From an uncultured Fusobacterium sp. (GTDB lineage: Bacteria; Fusobacteriota; Fusobacteriia; Fusobacteriales; Fusobacteriaceae): DNA of 64,000 nucleotides. Shown one piece after another: positions 10,114 through 19,757 of this stretch (within the stretch, counting starts at the first letter, position 1; each line of letters begins with the position of its first letter). Where the stretch lies: positions 314-64,313 of the forward strand of contig CAUTEN010000002.1 in assembly GCA_963537515.1 (NCBI GenBank), in the 5' to 3' direction. Made by a program: the position numbers and the translations under genes. Below the pieces are notes generated by a model. It ran no database searches and had not been told where the DNA came from. It saw nothing but the letters and a program-made list of their open reading frames with translations.

Positions 10114-10424
10114 TTTTCCTCCTTAGTATTTTCAGTTTTATTGTTATTTTTTTCAACATACTTATATATCACTTCATTTTCTCTTACCATTTGAAACATA
10201 TTTCTAGCTACTTTTTCTTTCTCAAATTCATCATCTAAGGAAGCAATTTTTCTATCATATTTTTCTATGTCTGCTTTTATTTCTTCAATTTTTTTATTGA
10301 CAGCAACAATTTCCTCTTTAATACTATTTTTTTTAGAACGACTATGAGTTATCTGATGCATAACATTAAAACTTAGTAGTAATAAAACAATTATTACCAT
10401 AAGCCAAAATAATCTCTTATTCAT
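10110..10424 (-). CDS. septum formation initiator (FtsB/DivIC family)
   Basis: N-terminal TM, coiled coil, EKVARNMFQMVRENE resembling ExxARxxLGM(V)xxGE. Confidence 0.75.
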   Translation of the reverse strand: MNKRLFWLMVIIVLLLLSFNVMHQITHSRSKKNSIKEEIVAVNKKIEEIKADIEKYDRKIASLDDEFEKEKVARNMFQMVRENEVIYKYVEKNNNKTENTKEEK

Positions 10425-10941
10425 TTTCTTCTTTTATCCTTTTAGTTTCTTTTTTCATATTTGTTAATTTTTTAGCTATAAGTCTTTTTGCCATAGGAGA
10501 AATTTTCTCAACAAATAAAATTCCATCTAAATGGTCATTTTCATGTTGTACTACAACTGCTAGAAAGTTTTCAGCAATTTCTTCTATTTCTTCTCCGTAT
10601 TCATTTAAGTATTTTAATAAAACCCTTTTAGGTCTTTCAACTTTTTTATAAATCCCTGGAACACTTAGGCAACCTTCTTCAAACTCTTGAGTTTCTTCTG
10701 TTAATGGAACAACTATTGGATTTATAATCTTCCTTACCACACCATTACCATCATCACAGACAAAGATTCTTTTACTTACCCCTATTTGTGGTGCAGCAAG
10801 TCCTACTCCATCAGTTTCATACATAGTTTCAACCATATCATCTAAAAATTTTCTAAATTCATCATTTATTTCATTTATTTCCACTTCTTTTGCAATCTGC
10901 TTTAATACATCTTCTCCATATTTTTTTATTTCATAAACCAT
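10417..10941 (-). CDS. def: peptide deformylase
   Basis: GVGLAAPQIG, EGCLS, QHENDHLDG. Confidence 0.98.
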   Translation of the reverse strand: MVYEIKKYGEDVLKQIAKEVEINEINDEFRKFLDDMVETMYETDGVGLAAPQIGVSKRIFVCDDGNGVVRKIINPIVVPLTEETQEFEEGCLSVPGIYKKVERPKRVLLKYLNEYGEEIEEIAENFLAVVVQHENDHLDGILFVEKISPMAKRLIAKKLTNMKKETKRIKEENE

Positions 10942-10950
10942 AAATTCTCC

Positions 10951-13251
10951 CTACATCATATTAATTGGATCTATATCAACAACTATTCTAACCTTTGTAT
11001 CATTAAATTCATTTAATTTTTTCTTTAAAAATAGTTTAAATTTATCAATTTTCTTTTTACTACCTTTTACAAAAATATTCATTCTAAATCTTTTTTGAAC
11101 CTTATACACCATACTTGGCATAGGACCATATAACTCTATATCTTGAGATTTAATTTCATCATAAAATCTTTTTGATAACTCTAAAAGTCTTATTTCATCT
11201 TCTGAACTAAAACCAATATTTAAAATTTTTGAAAAGGGAGGATAAGAAAAAACTTTTCTTGAATTAATTTCCTTTTCATAGAATAAATTATAATTTTCTT
11301 CTTTGCTATCTTTTATTACATTGTTTTCTGGTTCATAAGTTTGAATAATAACCTTCCCTTTTTTATCTCCACGTCCTGCTCTACCAGAAACTTGTGTCAA
11401 TAATTGAAAGGTTTTCTCCCCTGATCTAAAATCAGGAAAATTCAAAATTATATCAGAATTTATTACACCAACCAAAGTTACATTAGGAAAATGTAAGCCC
11501 TTAGCTATAATTTGAGTCCCTATTAGGATACTATATTTTTTATCAGAGAAATCTTTATATATTTTTGAAAAATAATTTTTATTTCTTGATAATTCACTAT
11601 CAACTTTTATCATAGGAACATCAAAGTATTTTTTTAATTCTTCTTCAATTCTTTCGATACCTTTACCACTATGAATCAAGTTTGTACTTCCACACTTCGT
11701 ACATTTCCCAGTATAATGAATTTGTTTTCCACAATAATTACATTTATATCTATTTACACTTTTATAGTAACTCATCTTAATTGAACAATTATCACATTCC
11801 TCAACATAGCCACAATCTTTACATTGAATGTATGTAGAGTAGCCTTTTCTATTAAGTAATAATATAACTTGTTCATTTTTTAATAAAGTATTTTTAATTT
11901 CGTTAAGAAGTGTTTTACTAAAAAATAAATCTTCTTCTTGTTTCATATCTATAACCTGTATGTCAGGCATTTCAGCATTGCCATATCTATCTTCTAAACT
12001 TAAAAGTTCATAGATTCCTGTTTTAGCATAGTAGTAACTTTCAATAGAAGGAGTAGCAGAACCTAAAATTAACTTTACATCCTCATCAAGACATCTTTTT
12101 ATAGCCACATATTTAGCATTATATCTTGGACTACTATCTTGTTTATATGTAGTTTCATGTTCTTCATCTAAAATAATATATTTTAAGTTTTTTACTGGTG
12201 AAAAAATAGCAGATCTAACACCTAAAACTATCTTTTTTTCTCCAGTATAAATACTTTCCCATTCTTTAGCTCTTTCTATATCACTTAGACTACTGTGTAA
12301 TATAGCAATATTATTTTTAAATTCGGATTGAAATCTTTCAACCATCTGTGGAGTTAATGAAATTTCTGGAACTAGAAATATACTTCCATAACCTTCAAAG
12401 AAGGCTTTTTTTATAAGTTCTATATAAATTTCTGTTTTTCCAGAGCCAGTAACTCCTTTTAAAAGAAAATATTTTTTATCAGAATTTTCTATATTTTCTT
12501 TTATAGCTAATTGTTTTTTATTTAAAAGGCTTTTATTTTCAAAAACCTTTTCTGTATTATCTGAAATATATTCCTTTTTCTCATTTATATTAGCTTCTAT
12601 TTTTAATATTTCTTTTTCTTCTAATTCTCTTATATCAAATTTTTTAAAATTTTCTTCTAATTTTTCTTTTTTTACAATAATTTTTTTATAGAAATATTCA
12701 AATACTTCTTTATTTTCTTCTTTTAACTTATAAAAATTTTCTATATTTATAGAAATATTATTCTCATCTTTATATAAAAAACCTTTGTTTATTAAATTAT
12801 CAATAATAGATTTTTTAAATTTAGCTTTAGCTGTACTATATGAAATTGTTGTTAAAGAAATCATATATTTAATTATATCATTATCTAAATATTGGCTTAA
12901 AATATTAAGTTTATCAAGATTAATAATATAAACATTATTATATGATATTTTTATTTTCTTTGGAATCATAGCTTTTATAATGCTATCATAAGAGGATAGA
13001 TAGTAATCTGCCATCCATTCAATAAGTTTTATTTGCTCATTTGATAACTTTAATGAATTTTTTACCTTAGATGAAATATTCAATACTTTGAAATCAAAAC
13101 TCTCTTTAAAATTTTTTCTTATTATAAAGCCAAATTTTTTTATATTTCTAAAAGGAACAATAACATTTTCTCCAACTTCAAATTCATCATTTTTATCAGA
13201 ATAAGTATATATTCCTTTCATTGAGTCTATATAAATATCAAAGTATTGCAT
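10951..13251 (-). CDS. priA: primosomal protein N' (replication restart helicase)
   Basis: GVTGSGKTE, DEEH, GSATPS, four CxxC zinc motifs, QVSGRAGR. Confidence 0.97.
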   Translation of the reverse strand: MQYFDIYIDSMKGIYTYSDKNDEFEVGENVIVPFRNIKKFGFIIRKNFKESFDFKVLNISSKVKNSLKLSNEQIKLIEWMADYYLSSYDSIIKAMIPKKIKISYNNVYIINLDKLNILSQYLDNDIIKYMISLTTISYSTAKAKFKKSIIDNLINKGFLYKDENNISINIENFYKLKEENKEVFEYFYKKIIVKKEKLEENFKKFDIRELEEKEILKIEANINEKKEYISDNTEKVFENKSLLNKKQLAIKENIENSDKKYFLLKGVTGSGKTEIYIELIKKAFFEGYGSIFLVPEISLTPQMVERFQSEFKNNIAILHSSLSDIERAKEWESIYTGEKKIVLGVRSAIFSPVKNLKYIILDEEHETTYKQDSSPRYNAKYVAIKRCLDEDVKLILGSATPSIESYYYAKTGIYELLSLEDRYGNAEMPDIQVIDMKQEEDLFFSKTLLNEIKNTLLKNEQVILLLNRKGYSTYIQCKDCGYVEECDNCSIKMSYYKSVNRYKCNYCGKQIHYTGKCTKCGSTNLIHSGKGIERIEEELKKYFDVPMIKVDSELSRNKNYFSKIYKDFSDKKYSILIGTQIIAKGLHFPNVTLVGVINSDIILNFPDFRSGEKTFQLLTQVSGRAGRGDKKGKVIIQTYEPENNVIKDSKEENYNLFYEKEINSRKVFSYPPFSKILNIGFSSEDEIRLLELSKRFYDEIKSQDIELYGPMPSMVYKVQKRFRMNIFVKGSKKKIDKFKLFLKKKLNEFNDTKVRIVVDIDPINMM

Positions 13252-13266
13252 ATTCTCACCAACTAA

Positions 13267-15447
13267 TTATTCCAATATAATTTTTACTTTTTTAATATTT
13301 TTTAAACTATCACCAGCAGCTGGTTTTTGTTCTTTAACAAGCCCTGTTCCAATAACTTCTATATCTATATCAGTTTCTTTAAAGATAGTTAATACTTCTT
13401 GAGGACTCATTCCAACTAAATCAGGCATAACATCTTCATAACTTATAGCATCTAGGCTAGATTTTATATTTTCTTCAGCTTCTTCTTTTGAACTTGAAAC
13501 ATTTATAGTTTCAACATTCTTAGCAAAACCTTCTTCTTCTTTAATGATTCTCCTAATAACATTACCAACAACTGGAGCAGCAACAACTCCACCAAATTTA
13601 TTAGATTGTATATCTGACTGAGGTCTCATAAACATTGCCATAACTACATATTTTGGATTATCAACTGGAAAAAATCCAATAAATGAAGATAGATATTCAT
13701 TTTTAATATATCCAGATTTACCTGCACTTAATTGGGCAGTTCCTGTTTTTCCACCAATAGCATATCCTTCAATACGAGCTCTTTTTCCTGTCCCCTTTTC
13801 AACAGTATCTTCCAAAATACTTCTCATTTTTTCAGAAACATCTTCTGATATAACTTTTCTAACAGCAGTAGGAGTATTTCTCATTACAACAGTTCCATCA
13901 CTATCTGTTATTTTCTCAACTATGTATGGTTTATATAGAGTTCCTCCATTTACAACAGCAGAAAAAGCAGTTATCATTTGAATAGGTGTTATTACAACTC
14001 CCTGTCCAAAGGCCATATTATTTTTCTTTAAACCATCCCAGTTTTTATATGAACTTGTATAAGGTCTTAATTCATCTGGAAAATCTACTCCTGTTTTATC
14101 ATAAAGTCCAAATGCCTTTAAATATTTTTCAAATAAAGCATTAGTGAAATAATCACTGATAAGTACCATTCCGACATTACTAGACTTCATTATAACTTCT
14201 CTTGTGGTTATGACTCCTCTTGTAGATCTACTACTTTCTCTAATTGTTTTTTTGAATCTTTGGATTCTTCCATCTCCAACATCGAATCTTGAATTTTCAT
14301 TTATAAATTTCTCATTCATTGCTGCTGCAACTATAAGTGGTTTAAATATAGAACCAGGTTCATATTGACTTTGGAATATATTATTTCTAAGTAAATTCTT
14401 ATCTTTTGAAAAAGCAGCTACTGCTAAAATTTTTCCATTATTTGGATCCATAATAAGCCCATAAGCTTCATAGGCATTAGCATTTTTAAATTGAGTTCTT
14501 ATTTCATCATTTAAAATAAAATTTAAATCTGCATCTATTGTTAAATAAAGATTTTTTCCATTTAAATCTGAAAATAATGTTTCTTTTGAAAGAGCTAAGA
14601 TATTTTTTTTATTTAAACCATAAAGTTTAGGAATATCTCTTTTCTTCTCAACTAAATAATTTTGATATTGTTTCTCTAAACCAGAAATCCCTAATTTCTC
14701 ATCTTTAGATTCTTCTGTAAATCTTACCATACCTATTAACTTTTCATACTCATCTTGTTTATAGTATTTTCTTTCAATAGATTTTTCAAATTGAAGGATA
14801 GTTCTGTACTTTGGACTTCCTTTTATCTTTTCTCTCTTAATACTAGCTAGTAACTCATCTATCTTTTCTTTTTGTTCATCATCTATATCTTTTACAAGTC
14901 TTTTATATTTATTTCCTTCACTAGCTAATTTTAGTAAATTTTCTAATACATTATCCTCTAATTTTACTATTCCACTATCTCTAATTGCTACTATATCTTT
15001 TACAATTTCATTATGTATTTTTTCATCATTCAAAAGAGAGGGATTAATAGAAATTGTGTATTTTCTATTATTAAAAGCAAGTTTTTTTCCTTTATTATCA
15101 TAGATTAGGCCTCTTTGCCCAATTTCCTTATTGATACTAAGTAATTGTTCATTCATAAAAGCCACATATTTAGACTTTTGAAGATATTGTATATTAAGTA
15201 GTCTAAGTGAATAAGCAATCAGAAAAAAGAGTATAATTAAAAACATTATACTACTTCTTTTTGCAAATAATTGTTTTTTCTTCCAATTACTACCAACAGC
15301 AATAGAGAAGATAATATAAAGTAATAAAAAGAAAAGGAGAATTAAAAGAAAAAAACTTTTATTATAAATAAGATATCCTGCTAATAATAAAATAATTAAA
15401 AAAATTAAGAAAATCAGGATTCCACCTATTTTAAATTTCTTTTTCAA
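13267..15447 (-). CDS. class B penicillin-binding protein (FtsI-like) with C-terminal PASTA-like domain
   Basis: EPGSIFK (SxxK), SSN (SxN), GKTGTAQ (KTG), GLEKQY; MPDLVGMS PASTA-like tail. Confidence 0.92.
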   Translation of the reverse strand: MKKKFKIGGILIFLIFLIILLLAGYLIYNKSFFLLILLFFLLLYIIFSIAVGSNWKKKQLFAKRSSIMFLIILFFLIAYSLRLLNIQYLQKSKYVAFMNEQLLSINKEIGQRGLIYDNKGKKLAFNNRKYTISINPSLLNDEKIHNEIVKDIVAIRDSGIVKLEDNVLENLLKLASEGNKYKRLVKDIDDEQKEKIDELLASIKREKIKGSPKYRTILQFEKSIERKYYKQDEYEKLIGMVRFTEESKDEKLGISGLEKQYQNYLVEKKRDIPKLYGLNKKNILALSKETLFSDLNGKNLYLTIDADLNFILNDEIRTQFKNANAYEAYGLIMDPNNGKILAVAAFSKDKNLLRNNIFQSQYEPGSIFKPLIVAAAMNEKFINENSRFDVGDGRIQRFKKTIRESSRSTRGVITTREVIMKSSNVGMVLISDYFTNALFEKYLKAFGLYDKTGVDFPDELRPYTSSYKNWDGLKKNNMAFGQGVVITPIQMITAFSAVVNGGTLYKPYIVEKITDSDGTVVMRNTPTAVRKVISEDVSEKMRSILEDTVEKGTGKRARIEGYAIGGKTGTAQLSAGKSGYIKNEYLSSFIGFFPVDNPKYVVMAMFMRPQSDIQSNKFGGVVAAPVVGNVIRRIIKEEEGFAKNVETINVSSSKEEAEENIKSSLDAISYEDVMPDLVGMSPQEVLTIFKETDIDIEVIGTGLVKEQKPAAGDSLKNIKKVKIILE

Positions 15448-16681
15448 CTTCTCCTCCTAAACTTTTTAATGTTTTATTATAATCTTTTTCTATTATCATT
15501 TTTTCAATATTATCAGTAATTTTACCATCTTGTAGTATATATATTTCTTCTCCAGTATTAGCAACAAAATCATATATTTCTTTTAAAGAAACTTTTTCTA
15601 TGTTCTTAGCTATACAAAAAATTTTTTCAGAATAATCTCTACTGCTAATTACATATCCTCCTCTAATTAAATCATCTAGTACATTTCCAATCAAAAAAGG
15701 AGATGAAGTAGTTACTTTTCTTAAATCACTCATATTAGGAGGTGACTGGTTATTTAAATATCTATTTATAATTTCTTCTAAGACTTTAAATGTTATATAT
15801 AACTTTGAATTAAAACTAATATTAATATTATCATTTTCTATATTTATATCAAAGTTAGCATTTTGAATTAAGTATGTTATATGTACTCCTAAAATTACTA
15901 TGAACCAACATATTCTAACCCATATTAAAAATATAAATATTACTGAGAAACCACCATAAACTGTACTATAGCCTATCAATAAAAATTGTAACAAAATAAA
16001 GATATATTGAAACAATAAAAAGGCTATTGATACTATAAGTGATGCTATAAAGGCGGGAAGAACTTTTACCATTGTATTAGGCATAACTAAATAAATTGCC
16101 ATAAAGAAAATTGTCATACTTATCAAAGGAAAAATGTTTTTTACTAGATAATAAAGAAATGCAATTTCTTTTATTTTAGATAATAAAAATAATATAAGTC
16201 CATTTAAAATAATAAATACTAAAGGTAAAAAAATAAAAAATGATATATAATCACTAATTTTTCTTATTAAACTTCTTGACTTTTTTATATGCCAGATCTC
16301 ATTGAAAGATTCTTCAATAAGAGAAAACATTTGTATAAATGTCCACCCTAAAAATAAAAAACCTACTCCTGCTAAAACATTACTTCTAGCATCCATCAAT
16401 AAATTATTTGAAAAATCAGTAAGTAGCTCCAATGTTCCGCCTCTTAGAGGAGCTATATCTTTAATCTGATTTATTATATAATCTTCTGCTCCAAACCAAC
16501 TACTTAAACTAACTAAAATAGCTAGTATTGGAACTATTGCTAAAATTGTATAAAAAGATAGAGAGGTTACCCAAAAACTAGAGTTAGCTCTTTGATATTT
16601 CTCATATGCTCTCTTTAACATCATTTTTAAATTTTTAGTATTAAAATTTTTTAAACTAAAATTTTCAAATAAATTCTTCAT
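15431..16681 (-). CDS. YihY/BrkB family inner membrane protein
   Basis: SLSFYTILAIVP, IEESFNEIW, YLVMPN, YSTVYG; ATG 16681 has GGAG RBS (track start 16693). Confidence 0.88.
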   Translation of the reverse strand: MKNLFENFSLKNFNTKNLKMMLKRAYEKYQRANSSFWVTSLSFYTILAIVPILAILVSLSSWFGAEDYIINQIKDIAPLRGGTLELLTDFSNNLLMDARSNVLAGVGFLFLGWTFIQMFSLIEESFNEIWHIKKSRSLIRKISDYISFFIFLPLVFIILNGLILFLLSKIKEIAFLYYLVKNIFPLISMTIFFMAIYLVMPNTMVKVLPAFIASLIVSIAFLLFQYIFILLQFLLIGYSTVYGGFSVIFIFLIWVRICWFIVILGVHITYLIQNANFDINIENDNINISFNSKLYITFKVLEEIINRYLNNQSPPNMSDLRKVTTSSPFLIGNVLDDLIRGGYVISSRDYSEKIFCIAKNIEKVSLKEIYDFVANTGEEIYILQDGKITDNIEKMIIEKDYNKTLKSLGGEVEKEI

Positions 16682-16696
16682 AGCTAACTCCAATAA

Positions 16697-17026
16697 TTAT
16701 TTTTTTATAAAATTATTATTAAAATAACTTGAACTTGCTGAATCTATTGATGAAAAAGTTATAGGTGTCAAAATATAGTCCCCTAATCTTACCATTTTTT
16801 TCTCTTTTGCCGAATTATAATAATAAAATGGATCATCTGTTGTACTTAAAGCTTTTAAAACTTTATTGTCAACTTTAATTGCCTTTACTTCATCTCCATT
16901 TATTGTATAGCTTTCAGCTACTGTCAAAAGAGGAATAACTTTTTCCATAACATAATATTCTGATAAAATTTCTGTAGCTCCACAAGTCATAGATAATAAA
17001 GCTAACATTGCTAAAACTTTTTTCAT
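16697..17026 (-). CDS. small exported hypothetical protein
   Basis: AGGAG RBS, signal-peptide-like N-terminus, in operon. Confidence 0.75.
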   Translation of the reverse strand: MKKVLAMLALLSMTCGATEILSEYYVMEKVIPLLTVAESYTINGDEVKAIKVDNKVLKALSTTDDPFYYYNSAKEKKMVRLGDYILTPITFSSIDSASSSYFNNNFIKK

Positions 17027-17044
17027 TCTTATTCTCCTTAATTT

Positions 17045-18235
17045 TTATTTTTTATAAATTTTTAATCCTTCTTCAAGAACTCTCATTGCTTTTTCTATAT
17101 CATCTTCTCCAACACAGAAAGAAAATCTCACTTCATTTTTTCCTAAACCTTCAGTTTCATAAAAACCTTCTCCAGGTGCAAGCATAACTGTTGAATTATC
17201 ATAGACAAATTCAGTTAAAAGCCATTTACAAAAATCTTCTGAACTTTCCACTGGTAACTTTGCAAAAGCATAGATAGCACCCTTTGGAGTAGAGCAAGTC
17301 ACTCCATCTATTTTATTTAAAGAATTTACAATAATATCCCTTCTTCTCCTATAAATTTCTTTAATTTCTTTAAAATATTCTTTAGGAGCTTTCATTAAAC
17401 TGGCTACTGCATATTGCTCAACAGTTGGAGCAGCAAGTCTAGCTTGACAAAGTTTCATTATATATGTCATAAAATCTTTATTTTTTGATATTAAAAATCC
17501 AACTCTTGCTCCACAAGCACTATAGTGTTTAGAAACACTATCAATGATAATAGTATTTTCTTTAGCTTTTTCTATATCTAGCAAAGAATAGTGCTTATCT
17601 TTATCATCATATATAAATTCTCTATATGGTTCGTCTGCAATAATAAATAAATCATTTTCTATTGCTAAATCAGCCAGTAGCTTAACTTCTTCTTCTGTGT
17701 AAACTTTTCCTGTTGGATTACAAGGATTAGAATATAGAATAGCTTTTGTTTTAGAATTAATTAATTTTTGAATTTCTTCTTTTTTAGGTAAAGCAAAATC
17801 GTTTTCTATATCTGTTGGTATAGGAATAATTTTTGCTCCTGCAATATCTAAAAAACTTTTATAGTTTGAGTAAAAAGGTTCTGGAATTAGAACTTCATCA
17901 TCAGGGTTACAAATAGTGAGCATTGCAAATGTTAATGCTTCACTACCGCCTTCAGTCACAATTATATCTTCTTTTTTTAAAATATGTCCATCTCTACCAT
18001 AAACTTCAATAACTTGTTCTAATAATTCAGATATACCCCTTGAATCAGCATATCTTATAACATGGTCTGGTATATTTTTTAAACCTTCAAAAAATAATTC
18101 AGGTGTTTCTATATTAGGTTGACCTATATTTAATCTATAAACTTTTATTCCTTTTTTTTCTGCCTCAGTAGCTAAAGGAGCTAATTTTCTAACAGCTGAA
18201 TATTTCATTTTGTTTACTCTATCCGAAATTTTCAT
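17045..18235 (-). CDS. PLP-dependent class I/II aminotransferase (aspartate aminotransferase-like)
   Basis: LNIGQP, NPCNPTG, DEPY, SVSKHYSACGARVG. Confidence 0.92.
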   Translation of the reverse strand: MKISDRVNKMKYSAVRKLAPLATEAEKKGIKVYRLNIGQPNIETPELFFEGLKNIPDHVIRYADSRGISELLEQVIEVYGRDGHILKKEDIIVTEGGSEALTFAMLTICNPDDEVLIPEPFYSNYKSFLDIAGAKIIPIPTDIENDFALPKKEEIQKLINSKTKAILYSNPCNPTGKVYTEEEVKLLADLAIENDLFIIADEPYREFIYDDKDKHYSLLDIEKAKENTIIIDSVSKHYSACGARVGFLISKNKDFMTYIMKLCQARLAAPTVEQYAVASLMKAPKEYFKEIKEIYRRRRDIIVNSLNKIDGVTCSTPKGAIYAFAKLPVESSEDFCKWLLTEFVYDNSTVMLAPGEGFYETEGLGKNEVRFSFCVGEDDIEKAMRVLEEGLKIYKK

Positions 18236-18399
18236 TTGTGTTCCTCCAATTATATTATTTCTATATTTACATTGTATAATTATATAATATTTTCTAAAAA
18301 ATGTATATAACTAATAATTTAATTTTTATTTCTTTTATCAATTTAGAAAATATAGTATAATCTAAAATTATTATAGAAATTTAAAATTAAGGTGACAGT

Positions 18400-19746
18400 A
18401 TGAATATAAAAGAATTTTTATTTGAAGATAAAGAACTTATAAAAAGAATTTTTAAAATAGCAATTCCTTCACTTTTTGATTTACTTGCTCAAACATTAAT
18501 TTCAACCTCTGATATGATAATGGTTTCAAGTATAGGAGCTTCTGCAATAAGTTCTGTTGGAGTTGGAAGTGCTGCATTCAATGCAATTATTCCAGCATTA
18601 ATAGCTGTTGCAATAGGTACAACTGCTATTTTAAGCAGAGCTTATGGAGCAAAGAATAGGGAAGAAGGACAAAAGGCTTTAGTACAGAGTTATTTTATAG
18701 CAATTCCTATTGGAATTATTCTAATGCTTTTATTTTTCTTTTTTGCTAGACCTATTATAGAACTTGTAGGAAATGCAAAAGATTTAAATTTAGAAGATGC
18801 TATTGTATATCAAAAGACAACTGCTATTGGCTTTGTATTCTTATCTATAGGGATAACAACTTTTTATGCTTTTAGAGCCTTGGGAAAAAATAAAATTCCA
18901 ATGATAGGAAATACAATGGTTCTCTTTGTAAATATAATATTTAATTATTTATTTATATATATTTTAAAATGGGGAGTTTTTGGAGCAGCTCTTGCCACTT
19001 CAATAGCAAGAGGCTCAGTTGTGATAATGTGTGTATATTTAATTTTTATAAATAAAAAACAATGGCTGTCACTTAATATAAAAAAAATGAAATTTGATTA
19101 TTTCACAGCCAAAAGAATCATTAAAGTTGGAATACCTGCTGCTATTGAGCAGCTTGCTTTAAGATTTGGTATGCTTATTTTTGAAATAATGGTTATATCA
19201 TTAGGAAATTTGAACTATGCTGCACATAAAATTGCACTTACAGCAGAGTCTTTTTCATTTAATTTAGGTTTTGCAGTATCTCTTGCTGCTACTGCTTTAG
19301 TAGGACAAGAATTAGGTAAAAACTCTCCTAAGAATGCTTTAAAAAATGGATATCTCTGTACTTTGATTGGGCTTATAATTATGTCCTCAATGGGACTATT
19401 ATTTTTTATAGCACCTAATCTACTGATTTCATTATTTACAGATGATCCACAAGTTGTTTCTTTGTCAACAATGGCATTAAGACTTGTTTCAATATGCCAA
19501 CCTTTCCTAGCCATATCAATGATATTATCTGGAGCATTGAGAGGAGCTGGAGCTACAAAGTCTGTACTTTTTATTACATTTTTTGGAATATTTTTGGTGA
19601 GAATACCAACAACTTATGTATTTTTAAATATTTTTAATATGGGACTTGCTGGTGCTTGGATAGTAATGACAATAGATTTAATTTTTAGAAGTTCATTATG
19701 TTTTTACACATTTAAAAAAGGAAAATGGAAATACCTAAAAGTATAA
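18400..19746 (+). CDS. MATE family efflux transporter
   Basis: multi-TM duplicated MatE pattern; GVFGAALAT, GALRGAG, GLAGAW. Confidence 0.93.
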   Translation: MNIKEFLFEDKELIKRIFKIAIPSLFDLLAQTLISTSDMIMVSSIGASAISSVGVGSAAFNAIIPALIAVAIGTTAILSRAYGAKNREEGQKALVQSYFIAIPIGIILMLLFFFFARPIIELVGNAKDLNLEDAIVYQKTTAIGFVFLSIGITTFYAFRALGKNKIPMIGNTMVLFVNIIFNYLFIYILKWGVFGAALATSIARGSVVIMCVYLIFINKKQWLSLNIKKMKFDYFTAKRIIKVGIPAAIEQLALRFGMLIFEIMVISLGNLNYAAHKIALTAESFSFNLGFAVSLAATALVGQELGKNSPKNALKNGYLCTLIGLIIMSSMGLLFFIAPNLLISLFTDDPQVVSLSTMALRLVSICQPFLAISMILSGALRGAGATKSVLFITFFGIFLVRIPTTYVFLNIFNMGLAGAWIVMTIDLIFRSSLCFYTFKKGKWKYLKV

Positions 19747-19757
19747 AAGGGGAGATT